The notes under the pieces were generated by a model that was not told where the DNA came from, searched no databases, and saw only the letters and a program-made list of their open reading frames with translations. The translations under genes were made by a program, and so were the position numbers. DNA of 61,236 bases from an uncultured Verrucomicrobiota bacterium (GTDB lineage Bacteria > Verrucomicrobiota > Verrucomicrobiia > Limisphaerales > UBA8199): positions 1-61,236 of the forward strand of contig CAIQQM010000191.1 in assembly GCA_903873945.1 (NCBI GenBank). The letters are read 5' to 3'. Numbering within the stretch: the first letter of the stretch is position 1; the number at the start of each line of letters is the position of its first letter. Positions 9,332-19,885 of this stretch are shown here, piece after piece.

Positions 9332-11998
9332 TTAACCGAACAAATCCATCTGCGGCGGTGGCGCGAGATGTTTAAGCTTGTCGCGGTCCTGTTGCTGGCG
9401 TGTGGAATGGCGCACATTGCCTTCCGGTGTGAGCTCTGAATCCTCCAGATTGCCGAGAATCTCTTTCGCGCGCTCCAGGATTGTCTTCGGCACGCCCGCA
9501 AGGCGGGCCACCTGGATGCCGTAACTTTTGTCCGTGCCGCCTTCCACGATCTTGCGCAGGAAGACAATCTGGTCGCGCCACTCGCGCACGGCGACATTGA
9601 AATTCTTCAGCCGCGGCAACCGCGCCGAGAGTTCGGTCAATTCATGGTAATGCGTGGCAAACAGCGTCTTGGCTCCGACCTGGTTGTGGAGGTGCTCGAC
9701 GATCGACCACGCCAGGCTTAGGCCGTCAAAGGTGCTGGTGCCGCGCCCGATTTCGTCGAGAATAACCAGGCTGCGAGGCGTGGCGTTGTTCAGGATGTTC
9801 GCCGTCTCGCACATTTCCACCATGAAGGTGGACTGTCCGCGCGCGAGGTCGTCGCTGGCCCCGATGCGAGTGAAGATGCGGTCCACCAGGTCAATGCGAG
9901 CCTCCGTTGCGGGTATGAATGAGCCGGTATGCGCCAGCAACGTCAACAAGGCCACCTGGCGGATATAAGTGCTCTTGCCCGCCATGTTCGGCCCGGTGAT
10001 AAGAGCGATCCGGGTTTCGCCATCCAGCCGAGCATCATTGGGCACGAACCGTTCCTCGGCCAGATTTTGTTCCAGAACCGGGTGCCTGCCGTCACGGATG
10101 AACAACACCCCTTCATCGCCGATTTGCGGCCGGCAATAGTTGCCAAGCCGGGCCGCCTGGGCGAAAGAGCCAAGGACATCCAGTTGCGCCAGACTCGCCG
10201 CGGTCCTCTGGATTTCCGGCAGCCGCCCGAGAACCGCTTCGCGCAAGCGTTGGAACAGTTCATACTCCAGCTTCACGCTCCGTTCCTCCGCGCCTAGGAT
10301 CTTGCCTTCCATCTCCTTCAACTCGGGCGTAATGAAACGCTCGCCATTCGCAATCGTCTGCTTGCGCGTGTAATGCGGCGGCACCTTGTCGAGGTTCGAT
10401 TTCGTGACCTCGATGTAATAGCCGAACACGGAGTTAAAGCGGACTTTGAGCGATTGAATGCCGGTGCGCGCGCTTTCGTCCTGCTGCAATTTCGCGATCC
10501 AATCCTTTCCGCCGCGCATCGCCGTGCGCAACTCATCCAGCGCCGGGTCGAAACCATCGCGAATCAACCCGCCTTCCTTCAACGCCAGCGGCGCGTCATC
10601 AACAATGGCGCGCGAAATCAGCTCCACCAGGTCGGGCAATTCGGTGACATTTCCCTCCAGCTCTTCCAACAGCCCGGAGACGCTTTGCGGGGCTTTCCCG
10701 GGACCATCCGCGGGGGAGGGAGCCAGGAGAGCCGGGTCTTCTTCCTTGAGCGCAGCTTTGTTAGCGGCAGACTCCGCGAGTTCACGCAGAATTCGCTTCA
10801 ACCCCGGGAGCTGTTCCAACGCCATGCGCAGCGCGACCAGATCCCGCGCATTGCCCGCTCCCGCGCTCAACCGCCCGAGAGTCCGCTCCAGATCCCGCAC
10901 TTGGGCGAGCTGCGTCCGCAGGTTTTCCAAGCCGGTGGAGTTTTCGAGGAAAGTCTGCACTGCGTCCTGCCGCCGCCGGATGGGCTCGGTCCTTGCGAGC
11001 GGTTGTGACAGCCATTCCCGCAACCGGCGCGCGCCCATGGGGGTGACGGTGCGGTTCAACGCGCCGTAAAGCGACGCGTTGCGGGGCGCGTCATGATGCA
11101 ACGGCTCGAGAACTTCCAGGTGCCGCAAGGTTGTGAAATCGAGCGCCAGGTAATCGTTCCTTTGGTAGAACGAAATGCGAGTGAGGTTTGCCGCGTCACG
11201 CCGCAGATGCTGCGCTAGGTAGTGCAGCACCGCTCCCGCAGCCCCAATGGCCGCCGGGCGGTCCTTCAGCCCGAAACCATCGAGCGAAGCGACCTTGAAA
11301 TGGTCGCGCACCGTGAAGAGCGCCGTTTCCGGAGCGAACACCCAATCGTCATAACGGTTGAGAATCCAGCCGTAACCCGCGATGGCCGGGATCGCTGGCC
11401 GGACGGTGGCACCGGAAAGCGGGTCGGCTTCGCCACGCGGGCGGTTGCCGAGCAGATCGCGCACGAACACGGCCTCGGACGGATAAACAACTTCCGCGGG
11501 CCGCAACCGCTGCATTTCCGTAAGCAAAGCGGTCTCGCCGACGACTTCGGTGGTGATGAAATCCCCCGTCGTTAAATCCACGAATGCCAGACCAAACGTT
11601 TTTCCGGATGGGTAAACGGCCGCCAGGAAATTATTCCGCTCCGCCGAAAGCATCCGTTCATCGAAATGAGTTCCCGGGCTTAGGATTTGCGTGACCTCGC
11701 GCTTGACCAGTTGGCCGGGCCGGGCGTCCTCCATCTGATCGCAGATGGCGACTTTGCATCCGGCCTTGAGCAAACGGCCGATGTAGGTGTTGGCGGCATG
11801 GAAGGGGATGCCGCACATCGGCACGACGCCGCGTTTGGTCAAAGCCACGTTCAACAATTGCGCGCCGGTCTGCGCATCCTCGAAGAACATCTCGTAGAAA
11901 TCCCCCAACCGGAACATCAGCAGCGCGTCCCCGGGCAGCTCGCTTTTGATCCGGCGATACTGCGCCATCATGGGAGTTAGTTGGGCGTCGCTGGCCAT
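9332..11998 (-). CDS. mutS: DNA mismatch repair protein MutS
   Basis: TPMMAQY, FRLGDFYEMF, GPNMAGKSTY, STFMVEM, DEIGRGTST, FATHYHEL, SYGIQVA. Confidence 0.98.
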   Translation of the reverse strand: MASDAQLTPMMAQYRRIKSELPGDALLMFRLGDFYEMFFEDAQTGAQLLNVALTKRGVVPMCGIPFHAANTYIGRLLKAGCKVAICDQMEDARPGQLVKREVTQILSPGTHFDERMLSAERNNFLAAVYPSGKTFGLAFVDLTTGDFITTEVVGETALLTEMQRLRPAEVVYPSEAVFVRDLLGNRPRGEADPLSGATVRPAIPAIAGYGWILNRYDDWVFAPETALFTVRDHFKVASLDGFGLKDRPAAIGAAGAVLHYLAQHLRRDAANLTRISFYQRNDYLALDFTTLRHLEVLEPLHHDAPRNASLYGALNRTVTPMGARRLREWLSQPLARTEPIRRRQDAVQTFLENSTGLENLRTQLAQVRDLERTLGRLSAGAGNARDLVALRMALEQLPGLKRILRELAESAANKAALKEEDPALLAPSPADGPGKAPQSVSGLLEELEGNVTELPDLVELISRAIVDDAPLALKEGGLIRDGFDPALDELRTAMRGGKDWIAKLQQDESARTGIQSLKVRFNSVFGYYIEVTKSNLDKVPPHYTRKQTIANGERFITPELKEMEGKILGAEERSVKLEYELFQRLREAVLGRLPEIQRTAASLAQLDVLGSFAQAARLGNYCRPQIGDEGVLFIRDGRHPVLEQNLAEERFVPNDARLDGETRIALITGPNMAGKSTYIRQVALLTLLAHTGSFIPATEARIDLVDRIFTRIGASDDLARGQSTFMVEMCETANILNNATPRSLVILDEIGRGTSTFDGLSLAWSIVEHLHNQVGAKTLFATHYHELTELSARLPRLKNFNVAVREWRDQIVFLRKIVEGGTDKSYGIQVARLAGVPKTILERAKEILGNLEDSELTPEGNVRHSTRQQQDRDKLKHLAPPPQMDLFG

Positions 11999-12365
11999 CA
12001 GGCGCAAACTTAGACGGGATTCATTTTCAGGTCGAAAAGAAAAGAGCGAGCCTACTTTGTCTCATTTAGGTTCTAAAAAGACAAATGTAACGATTGCGAT
12101 TATGATCCGGTGGAACACCCTGCAGTTGAAATCCAATTACCGTTACGCACGCCAGATGACAGAGTTCACGCCACGGCATAGCAGCAGGGTCTGAAACCTG
12201 AGTTCTGCGAGCAGGGCAAGTTTCGTTAGCCGTTCAAGGATAGTGACTTTCCCATGTTTGAACCCTGCGTCGCCCACACAGTCGACTCACCTTTGCTGCG
12301 GCAGCACCGGCCAACGTTTTGTAAAGAGTTGCCCCTACCTGCATCCTGCTGCAAAGTGATACCAC

Positions 12366-13361
12366 ATGTCTGTTACCGGTATGCCTGAGTTGTCATTGCG
12401 CCTGGAACGGGTCGAGTCGTCGCGACTGGCCTGGGCGTTTGCCATTTCTCTGGCGCTCCACCTGTTGTGTTTCGGCGGTTACCAAACCGGCAGGAAACTC
12501 GGCTTGTGGCAGAACATCCACTGGCCCGCGTGGGTGCAATCGGCCAAAATGCTCACGGAGATGTTGAAAAAGAAGGAAAGCCCGCAGCAACAGCAGCAGG
12601 AAGTTCCGCTCATGTTCGTGGATGTAAGTCCGGCCCAGGCAGTTGCCGAAGCGCCCAAAAACGCAAAGTACTACTCGGACAAGAACTCAAAGGCGGCCAA
12701 CCGGGTGGAGGACAAGGATACGGGCACTCCGCGAATCGAAGGCACACAGACGCAGGTTGTCAAAACCGAAGATATTCCGCGCGAGAAATTTATGCCGCTT
12801 CAACCCCGAAAACCGGTCCAGCAGACCCAGGAAGCGCCGGAGGAGCTCAAGGCCAAGCCCCAATACACTCCCGGGGATATGACGATGGCGAAGCCCGAAT
12901 TGAATCCGCGCAAAGACGATGGCGAGACGGAGAATACGCGACCAAAGACGATTCGGGAGGCGTTGGCTCGGCAAAAAGCCAACCCGTTGCCGTCGCAAAA
13001 AATGAGTCAGGAGGGCGGCGTGCGGCGTCATCTGGATTTCGCTTCATTGGACACCAAGTCAACGCTATTTGGCGCGTACGACCAAGCGCTCATAGACGCG
13101 ATTTCACAGCGCTGGTATGCTTTGCTCGATCAACGTGATTACGCTTCGGATGGCCGGGGAAAGGTTGTGCTGCAATTTAACTTGCTTTACGACGGACGCA
13201 TCACCGATATGACGGTGGCTGAAAACACCGTCGGGGAAGTTTTGGGTTACGTTTGTGAGAAAGCCGTGCAGGATCCATCGCCCTTCGCACGCTGGCCGAG
13301 CGACATGCGCGCCATGTTTCACGATGTCCGGCACATTCAGTTTACCTTTTATTACAACTAA
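12366..13361 (+). CDS. TonB/TolA-like energy transducer
   Basis: N-terminal TM with SLALH (SxxxH) motif, Pro/Lys/Glu linker, TonB_C-like end; directly upstream of exbB/exbD. Confidence 0.75.
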   Translation: MSVTGMPELSLRLERVESSRLAWAFAISLALHLLCFGGYQTGRKLGLWQNIHWPAWVQSAKMLTEMLKKKESPQQQQQEVPLMFVDVSPAQAVAEAPKNAKYYSDKNSKAANRVEDKDTGTPRIEGTQTQVVKTEDIPREKFMPLQPRKPVQQTQEAPEELKAKPQYTPGDMTMAKPELNPRKDDGETENTRPKTIREALARQKANPLPSQKMSQEGGVRRHLDFASLDTKSTLFGAYDQALIDAISQRWYALLDQRDYASDGRGKVVLQFNLLYDGRITDMTVAENTVGEVLGYVCEKAVQDPSPFARWPSDMRAMFHDVRHIQFTFYYN

Positions 13362-13363
13362 AT

Positions 13364-13969
13364 ATGGAACCATTAGTCTATGCCTTGTTGATTCTAACCT
13401 CGGTGGTTGGCCTGACATTTATCATTGAACGGGGGATTGCCTTGCGCTGGCACCGGGTCCTGCCACCCGAGATCGAAGCCGCTGTCCAATCCTGCCAGTC
13501 GCCGGAAGATGTGCCGATGCTCCGGCGCGTGTGCCAGCAGCACAAATCGCCCATGAGCCGGTTGCTCCTGCTTGCAGCCGACCATTTGGATTGGCCCAAA
13601 GAGGACACTCTCGGCGCCCTACAGACCCGTGCGCGGCATGAAATTGCCCGCCTGGAGCGCGGTTTGGTGGTGCTGGAGATTATCGTCGGCATCGCGCCGT
13701 TGCTTGGGTTGGTGGGCACCATCGCAGGCATGATGACCCTGTTCGGTGACATCGGACAGGCAGGGCTCACGGAGGCTGCCAAACTGGCCAAGGGCATTGC
13801 CCTGATCCTTAACGCTACGTTGATGGGGTTGCTCATTGCCATCCCGTCGCTCATCTTTTGGAGCTATTACAACAAGAAGGTCGAAACCATTGCTGTGGAA
13901 CTAGAAACCCTATGCGATGAATTCGTCCGCCGGCAATATCGCGAGGACGGGGAGACAAGAAAGAAGTAA
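13364..13969 (+). CDS. exbB: MotA/TolQ/ExbB proton channel
   Basis: IAPLLGLVGTIAGM, GIALILNATLMGLLIAIP. Confidence 0.88.
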   Translation: MEPLVYALLILTSVVGLTFIIERGIALRWHRVLPPEIEAAVQSCQSPEDVPMLRRVCQQHKSPMSRLLLLAADHLDWPKEDTLGALQTRARHEIARLERGLVVLEIIVGIAPLLGLVGTIAGMMTLFGDIGQAGLTEAAKLAKGIALILNATLMGLLIAIPSLIFWSYYNKKVETIAVELETLCDEFVRRQYREDGETRKK

Positions 13970-13972
13970 GCG

Positions 13973-14398
13973 ATGCGTTTCTACATTCGCAAACGGCGGC
14001 AGGCGCCGGCAATCATCATTGTCGCGCTGATCGACATTCTTATCGTGCTCCTGATTTTCCTGATGGTGACGACCACATTCAAGCAGCAGCCGGCTCTTAA
14101 GCTCGCTTTGCCGGAATCATCCCAGGCGCAAAGGACCGGCGCCCAGGAATCTCCGCCGCTCGTTGTCAGTATCGATCCCAAAGGCAATTTGCGTTTAGGT
14201 GCCGACGCCAGGCCGGTGACGGCTGAGCGGTTAAAGGTCGAATTGGTTTCGGCTGCCCTGAAGACCCCGGACCTCAAGCTGGCGATCAGCGCGGACAAAA
14301 TGGCGCCATTCGGTCAGATCGTCAAAGTGATGGACGCCTCAAAGGAGGCGAAAATCAAAATAGTGAACGCGTTCACTAAAGATGAGACCAAACCGTAA
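13973..14398 (+). CDS. exbD: Biopolymer transporter ExbD/TolR
   Basis: ALIDILIVLLIFLMVT, ISADKMAPFGQIVKVMD. Confidence 0.9.
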   Translation: MRFYIRKRRQAPAIIIVALIDILIVLLIFLMVTTTFKQQPALKLALPESSQAQRTGAQESPPLVVSIDPKGNLRLGADARPVTAERLKVELVSAALKTPDLKLAISADKMAPFGQIVKVMDASKEAKIKIVNAFTKDETKP

Positions 14399-14427
14399 GG
14401 CTAAAAGCGTTCACACCGCACCAACGG

Positions 14428-15432
14428 CTACTTCATCAACTCTTCTGCAATCTGAACGGCATTGAGGGCCGCGCCTTTGAGAAGCTGGTCGCCTGAGACC
14501 CAGAAACACAGCCCATTGTCGAACGCGCAATCCTTACGCAGGCGACCGACAGCGCAGTTGTACTTGCCCGATTGGTAAAGCGGCAGGGGGTACTCGCACT
14601 TTGCCGGATTGTCGATCACATCCAGACCCGGCGCCTTCTTGAGCACGGCCAAAGCGGCCTCTACGGTAACCGGTTTTTCAAACTCAGCGCTGACCGCGAT
14701 CGAATGCGCGCGATAGACCGGCACGCGCACACAGGTGACGCTCGCGTGGAACGTCGGATGGTGCATGATTTTGCGACCCTCGTTCTCCATCTTCATCTCT
14801 TCCTTCGTGTAACCGGTGGGCAGGAAGGAATCGATGTGCGGAAGCACGTTGAAAGCAATTTGGTGCGGGTAGACCTCGCGGGTTACTGGCTGGCCTTTGA
14901 CGATCTGGCCCACCTGACGTTCCAATTCGGCGATAGCTTTGGCGCCCGTACCCGAGACAGCCTGGTAACTGGAGGCAAAGATGCGCTTGCAGCTGAACGC
15001 CCGGTGCAGCGGATGAAGCGCCATCAGGGCAATGGCGGTCGTGCAGTTTGGATTGGCAATGATGCCTTTGTGCCATTTCATGTCCTCAGCGTTGATCTCG
15101 GGAATGACGAGCGGGACTTTTTCATCCATGCGGAACGCACTGGAATTGTCGATCACCACACAACCGGCTTGGGCGGCGATGGGCGCGAATTCTTTCGAAA
15201 TGCCGCCACCGGCGCTGAAAAGCGCGATGTCGATCCCTCCGAAGGAATCCTTTTTAAGTTCCCGGACCGTGATTTCTTCGCCCCTGAACTTCAGTTTCTT
15301 GCCCACAGAACGGGCGGAAGCGAGAAGGGTCAATTTCCCGACGGGGAAATTGCGCTTTTCAAGGGTTTCGATCATTTCGATGCCGACGGCGCCCGTCGCA
15401 CCGACCACAGCCACATGCGGTTTGCGGTTCAT
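14428..15432 (-). CDS. asd: Aspartate-semialdehyde dehydrogenase
   Basis: GATGAVG, DNSSAFR, ANPNCTT, YQAVSGTG, CVRVPV, DQLLKGAALNAVQ. Confidence 0.97.
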   Translation of the reverse strand: MNRKPHVAVVGATGAVGIEMIETLEKRNFPVGKLTLLASARSVGKKLKFRGEEITVRELKKDSFGGIDIALFSAGGGISKEFAPIAAQAGCVVIDNSSAFRMDEKVPLVIPEINAEDMKWHKGIIANPNCTTAIALMALHPLHRAFSCKRIFASSYQAVSGTGAKAIAELERQVGQIVKGQPVTREVYPHQIAFNVLPHIDSFLPTGYTKEEMKMENEGRKIMHHPTFHASVTCVRVPVYRAHSIAVSAEFEKPVTVEAALAVLKKAPGLDVIDNPAKCEYPLPLYQSGKYNCAVGRLRKDCAFDNGLCFWVSGDQLLKGAALNAVQIAEELMK

Positions 15433-15560
15433 ATAAAGGGGCCGGAATATACCGATCAGACCGAGGGAATGTCAACGCACGCTTGAGATCAACCCCCGGA
15501 TTGCGGCGGCACATTTCAAATCATGCCGGGGCCGCTCTTCGGCCGAGATTGTTACGAGTC

Positions 15561-16796
15561 TCATCTCCGGCGCCGCGCCGGGCCGAAGAAATATCCGCCG
15601 CGGACACGCGCGCCGCGCGCACGGCCGCCGCCACCTTGAGGATGGCCCGGTTTGCCTTCCTCAAATAGCGTCGTGTATTTGTAATCAAAGTTCTCGAGCT
15701 TCACGCGCGGGATTTTCTGGCTGATAAACCGTTCAATGGCCTGCACGTGCCGGCCGTCTTCCGCCACCATGAGTGTGAAGGCATCGCCTGTGGCTTCCAT
15801 GCGGCCGGTGCGGCCGATGCGGTGAATGTAATCCTCCGGATGTTGGGGCACGTCGTAGTTGATGACATGGCTCACATCGGCAATGTCGAGGCCGCGCGCG
15901 GCGATGTCAGTGGCGACGAGCACTTCAAAGCGGCCATCGCGAAATCCGCGCAGCGCCTGCTCGCGCTCGCGCTGGGTGCGATTTGAATGCAACACCGCGA
16001 CGGCGTGGTTGTGCCGTTTAAGGAGACCCGCGGCGCGGTCGGCGCCATATTTGGTGCGGCAGAAAACGATCACGGAGTCGTAGTTCACCCGCTTGAGCAG
16101 TTCGAGCAGCAAATCGGTCTTTTGCGAGTCCGAGACGGGATAAATCACATGCTGGACCGTGTCTTTAGGCGTGCGGCGCGCACCGATCTCAATCGTTTGC
16201 GGATTTTTCATCGCCCACTGGATGAGAGTTTCTATTTCGGGGGGGACGGTGGCGGAGAAAAGGGACGTATGCCGGTCCCGCGGACACCGGTCGAGAATGC
16301 GCCGGACATCAGGAAGAAAACCCATGTCCAGCATCCGATCGGCTTCGTCAAGGACGAGAAACCTGACCTGATCCAGTTTGCAGGTGCCTCGTTGCAAATG
16401 GTCGAGCAACCGGCCCGGCGTGGCGACAATGACATCCACGCCGTTCTTCAAGGCATCCAACTGTTTGCCGTACCCCACGCCACCGAACATAACGGCAGTG
16501 CTCAAGTTGGTGAACCGGGCAAAATCATGAATGGCGGTTTCAACCTGGGCCGCAAGCTCACGAGTCGGTTCGAGGACGAGCATACGCGTCTGCGGACTGT
16601 GCTGGGCGAGCTTCGAAAGGATGGGCAGGGCGAAGGCGGCGGTTTTGCCAGTACCGGTCTGCGCACTGCCGATGACGTCTTGTCCGGCGAGAATCAGCGG
16701 AATGGCACGGAGTTGAATTGGGGTTGGCTCGACATAGCCCATGGCCTTGACCCCGTCGAGCATTGCATTAGAAAGACCCAGTTTGGCAAATGGCAT
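15561..16796 (-). CDS. DEAD-box RNA helicase (RhlE-like)
   Basis: Q motif PTPIQ, AQTGTGKT, PTRELA, DEAD, SAT, HRIGRTGR, RGG tail. Confidence 0.95.
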   Translation of the reverse strand: MPFAKLGLSNAMLDGVKAMGYVEPTPIQLRAIPLILAGQDVIGSAQTGTGKTAAFALPILSKLAQHSPQTRMLVLEPTRELAAQVETAIHDFARFTNLSTAVMFGGVGYGKQLDALKNGVDVIVATPGRLLDHLQRGTCKLDQVRFLVLDEADRMLDMGFLPDVRRILDRCPRDRHTSLFSATVPPEIETLIQWAMKNPQTIEIGARRTPKDTVQHVIYPVSDSQKTDLLLELLKRVNYDSVIVFCRTKYGADRAAGLLKRHNHAVAVLHSNRTQREREQALRGFRDGRFEVLVATDIAARGLDIADVSHVINYDVPQHPEDYIHRIGRTGRMEATGDAFTLMVAEDGRHVQAIERFISQKIPRVKLENFDYKYTTLFEEGKPGHPQGGGGRARGARVRGGYFFGPARRRR

Positions 16797-16934
16797 AAGC
16801 AAAGAATAGCAGCAATACAGCTAAAAGGGAAACAAACTCATGGGAAATCACGCCGGAGATTTCACCCCACTCCCGACATGCGCGGGAATTGGGATTGCAA
16901 ACAAGTTGAATCGATTAACGGACCGAAGGGTGGC

Positions 16935-18554
16935 TTAAGGCTGAGATTGAACCGGCGTCACTTGAACTTCCGCAGGTTTAGAGTCTTCTGCGAGAGGAAG
17001 TTCCGGGTCAGGCTCACCACCAGCTCCCGACTCAGACGCAGTTGCTTCACCAACTACGACAGGCTCTACCGGCAGCATAGCTGATTCAGAGGGTTTCTGC
17101 TCCGGTTTGGCTTCGGGTTTAGGTGGCCTGGGTAACGGCTTCTTGGCGGTTTGGAGTATCCCGTTTGCAAACTCAATCACGTGCCCCTGATGAATCAGCC
17201 AATGCAAATCCGCAATGACAGCCGTCTGTTCCGGTGTTGGCTGAGCCGTCTCCGGTTGCGACGAGGGTTGTCCCTCAACTCCGGGCGTTGCAGCGGCTGC
17301 AGGTGCCGGCGATGGCACCAAGGCTTCGACGAGCTGACGGCGCGAGCACTTTGGAGTTGAGTTGATGTAATCAACGATGCGCTTTACGCCTTCGGAAACC
17401 GGGGTGGCGATTAAATCGAGATAGTGAGGGCGGGCAACGGAAACGTGAGTGATGGTTTTATTAACCTTGAAAAACTGAAGGCCGTGTTCAGCGAACTGCT
17501 GGCTCAGAATGGTCGCAAGCTGGAGCGGAAAACGCCGTTGATCTTCCCAAACGCTGCGGACCAACCTCAGCAGCTCAGGACTGCGCAAGGCGCGGGTGGC
17601 GGCTCCGCTCAGCGTGTGAGACTCCACCGCTTTAATGATGTTTTCCTTGTGGGTTTCACGGAAATGTTTCTCCACAGCTTCCAGGTTTCCCAGGCGCAGC
17701 GGTTCAGGCAGGTTCAGGCAGATGTACTCCGTTCTCCAGCTTTGGTCATCGACCCATTTTTTGACCACTTCTTCGTCGCGCACAATCCTGACACGCGACT
17801 TGTACACCTCAAACGGCATTCGCGAGAAGCGCTCCGTGTGCAGTTTGCGCAATTGATTCTGGTAATCGTGGTGATTGGGCGGCCCCAAGATTGCGCCGCT
17901 CATCCCACACTGTGCGACAAAAGTATATTTGCCCTTGGGCGGTTCGGTAGCCGTACGTTCCGCCTGGTAAAAGGTGGTAAAATGCTTCTTCAAAACGTGC
18001 GCAACGGCTTCGTCTTCGGAGAGCCAAAGCGTGTCGTCCAACGCACAAACAAACAGCGGCTGAATGACTTGACCTTCGGCGTTCTTCTTGACGCTGAATG
18101 CGACCGATTGGCGCTCCGGTTTTTGCAAAATCATCCGGGCGATATCGAACAGAGGATACGCACGTCCGGTCATTTTGATTTGGCGTGCGAGCGATTCGAC
18201 TCCCTTTTCGTCCGGAAAGAGACTGATGTTAAGTTCGGGCGGCGGGGGCAGCGGCGCGCGCTGCTCCCGAGGTTCGCCACGACGAAAATCAGGTCTCTCG
18301 CCACGATCAAACCCTCCACGACCACCCATGGGCCGCGAAGGACCGCGGCGGTCACTGTGGGGGCGATTCTCATCCCTCCGCCCCCCGGACGGTCCGTCCC
18401 GGCGCGGCGGCCGGGGGCCGCGACGGTCACCACGGCGCTCGGGTCTCTCGTCCCCGCCTTGGTATTTGGCGTACTTGGCAGAAGAAGGCTCCTGAGCCCA
18501 AGCGGGCAAAAAGAGTTTTTCGAGATCAAAATCGCTATCAGGTAATGTGCTCAT
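16935..18554 (-). CDS. Hypothetical protein with RG/RD-rich disordered N-terminus
   Basis: 539-aa ORF co-oriented with neighbours; no family recognised. Confidence 0.75.
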   Translation of the reverse strand: MSTLPDSDFDLEKLFLPAWAQEPSSAKYAKYQGGDERPERRGDRRGPRPPRRDGPSGGRRDENRPHSDRRGPSRPMGGRGGFDRGERPDFRRGEPREQRAPLPPPPELNISLFPDEKGVESLARQIKMTGRAYPLFDIARMILQKPERQSVAFSVKKNAEGQVIQPLFVCALDDTLWLSEDEAVAHVLKKHFTTFYQAERTATEPPKGKYTFVAQCGMSGAILGPPNHHDYQNQLRKLHTERFSRMPFEVYKSRVRIVRDEEVVKKWVDDQSWRTEYICLNLPEPLRLGNLEAVEKHFRETHKENIIKAVESHTLSGAATRALRSPELLRLVRSVWEDQRRFPLQLATILSQQFAEHGLQFFKVNKTITHVSVARPHYLDLIATPVSEGVKRIVDYINSTPKCSRRQLVEALVPSPAPAAAATPGVEGQPSSQPETAQPTPEQTAVIADLHWLIHQGHVIEFANGILQTAKKPLPRPPKPEAKPEQKPSESAMLPVEPVVVGEATASESGAGGEPDPELPLAEDSKPAEVQVTPVQSQP

Positions 18555-18723
18555 GACTTACGTCGGGCGCGAATCGCGGCGCGCTATGCAAATGCCGCTC
18601 AAACAGCATGGAGCGGCTGGTGCCGGATTGCAAGTGCCGCGTGGCCTATACAAAGCGTGATAAGAAAGCCTGGGACGCGAGATCGGCGGTGAGGCGCATG
18701 CGCGGGAAGGGCATTACAGAATT

Positions 18724-19878
18724 TTACTGGTTCACATGCACCACCTTCGCCGGTGGAAAACCATTAAACCATGTAGCCGAGGCGCTGCTGTAGGCGCCGA
18801 TGTTCTCGGAATAGACCAAGTCCTCAATCTCCAAGCCGGGCAGTTCCTCAGAGAGCGAGATCGTATCGAGCGCGTCGCAAGTCTGGCCAAACACGGCGCA
18901 AATCTCCGTTCTGCCCTTCTTAAACGCCTTCAGATGATACTGACAATGGTCGAAGATGATCCCGCTGAAAGTGTGGTAAACGCTGTCGTCGATATAATAA
19001 CAAGGTTTGCCGTCCCGGACCGCCTTCCCGATGATAGTAGCGATTGAGGTGGCGGCAGTGGCGACAAGAAAGCGGCCCGGTTCGGCCAAAATCTGGATGT
19101 CCTTCGGGAAAAGCCGGTCAATCTCTGCGTTGATTTTCTTCGCCAGTGCGCTGAAGGGTTTGACGTGTTTGTTGTATGGCGCGGGGAACCCCCCACCGAT
19201 ATCGAGGATTTTAAGTTCGTGCCCGCGTGACCCGGATTCGCGCATAACTGCTGCGGCGATATCCATAGCCTGCACAAAGTTCTGAAAGTTGGTGCATTGA
19301 CTGCCGACGTGAAAGCTCAAACCTTCCGCGACGAGACCCATGTCAAACGCGGCCTTGACGAGGTCGGCGGCTTCGCCCGGGTCGCAGCCGAACTTGGATG
19401 AGAGCTCGACCATTGAGCCGGTATTGGGTACGCGCAAGCGAAGGACCACGCCCGCGTGCGGGGCGTATTGCTTGATCTTCTGCAGCTCGGCCAGGTTGTC
19501 GTAGGTAACCAAGGGTTTGTATTGATCGAGGGTGCAAAGGGTTGCCTTCGCCTTGGTGGGGTTCGCGTAAATGATTTTGTCCCAGATGAAGTCCTGCTGC
19601 CGTTTTGGAGATAGACGTTTGATGTTTTGATAAACCAGCATGAACTCCGGCAGCGACGCCACGTCGAAGCTTGCACCCGCTTTATAGAGGGTCCGAACGA
19701 TAGCCGGTTCGGCATTCGCTTTGACGGCGTAATACGCCTGCACCCGGGGCAAATGTTTTTTGAACTCAGCGTAATTCTTCCGAATGCCATCGTGGTCAAC
19801 AATCACGACAGGCGTGCCCTTGCTGCGCGCGATAGCCTGAAGTTGTCTGGTGGTCATGACGATTCCAATCCCAATCAC
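18724..19878 (-). CDS. Type III PLP-dependent ornithine/lysine decarboxylase
   Basis: YAVKAN, FDVAS, SKFG, SFHVGSQ, LDIGGGF, EPGRF, GQTCD, GAYS...FNGF. Confidence 0.92.
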   Translation of the reverse strand: MIGIGIVMTTRQLQAIARSKGTPVVIVDHDGIRKNYAEFKKHLPRVQAYYAVKANAEPAIVRTLYKAGASFDVASLPEFMLVYQNIKRLSPKRQQDFIWDKIIYANPTKAKATLCTLDQYKPLVTYDNLAELQKIKQYAPHAGVVLRLRVPNTGSMVELSSKFGCDPGEAADLVKAAFDMGLVAEGLSFHVGSQCTNFQNFVQAMDIAAAVMRESGSRGHELKILDIGGGFPAPYNKHVKPFSALAKKINAEIDRLFPKDIQILAEPGRFLVATAATSIATIIGKAVRDGKPCYYIDDSVYHTFSGIIFDHCQYHLKAFKKGRTEICAVFGQTCDALDTISLSEELPGLEIEDLVYSENIGAYSSASATWFNGFPPAKVVHVNQ

Positions 19879-19885
19879 CCGTCTC

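Noticed and set aside
12007-12366. Cobalamin riboswitch upstream of tonB
   Set aside because: B12-box and GCCACTG/GGGAAG core elements not found
14572-18545. Long plus-strand ORFs (304, 365, 373 aa)
   Set aside because: Shadows of asd, the helicase and the hypothetical gene
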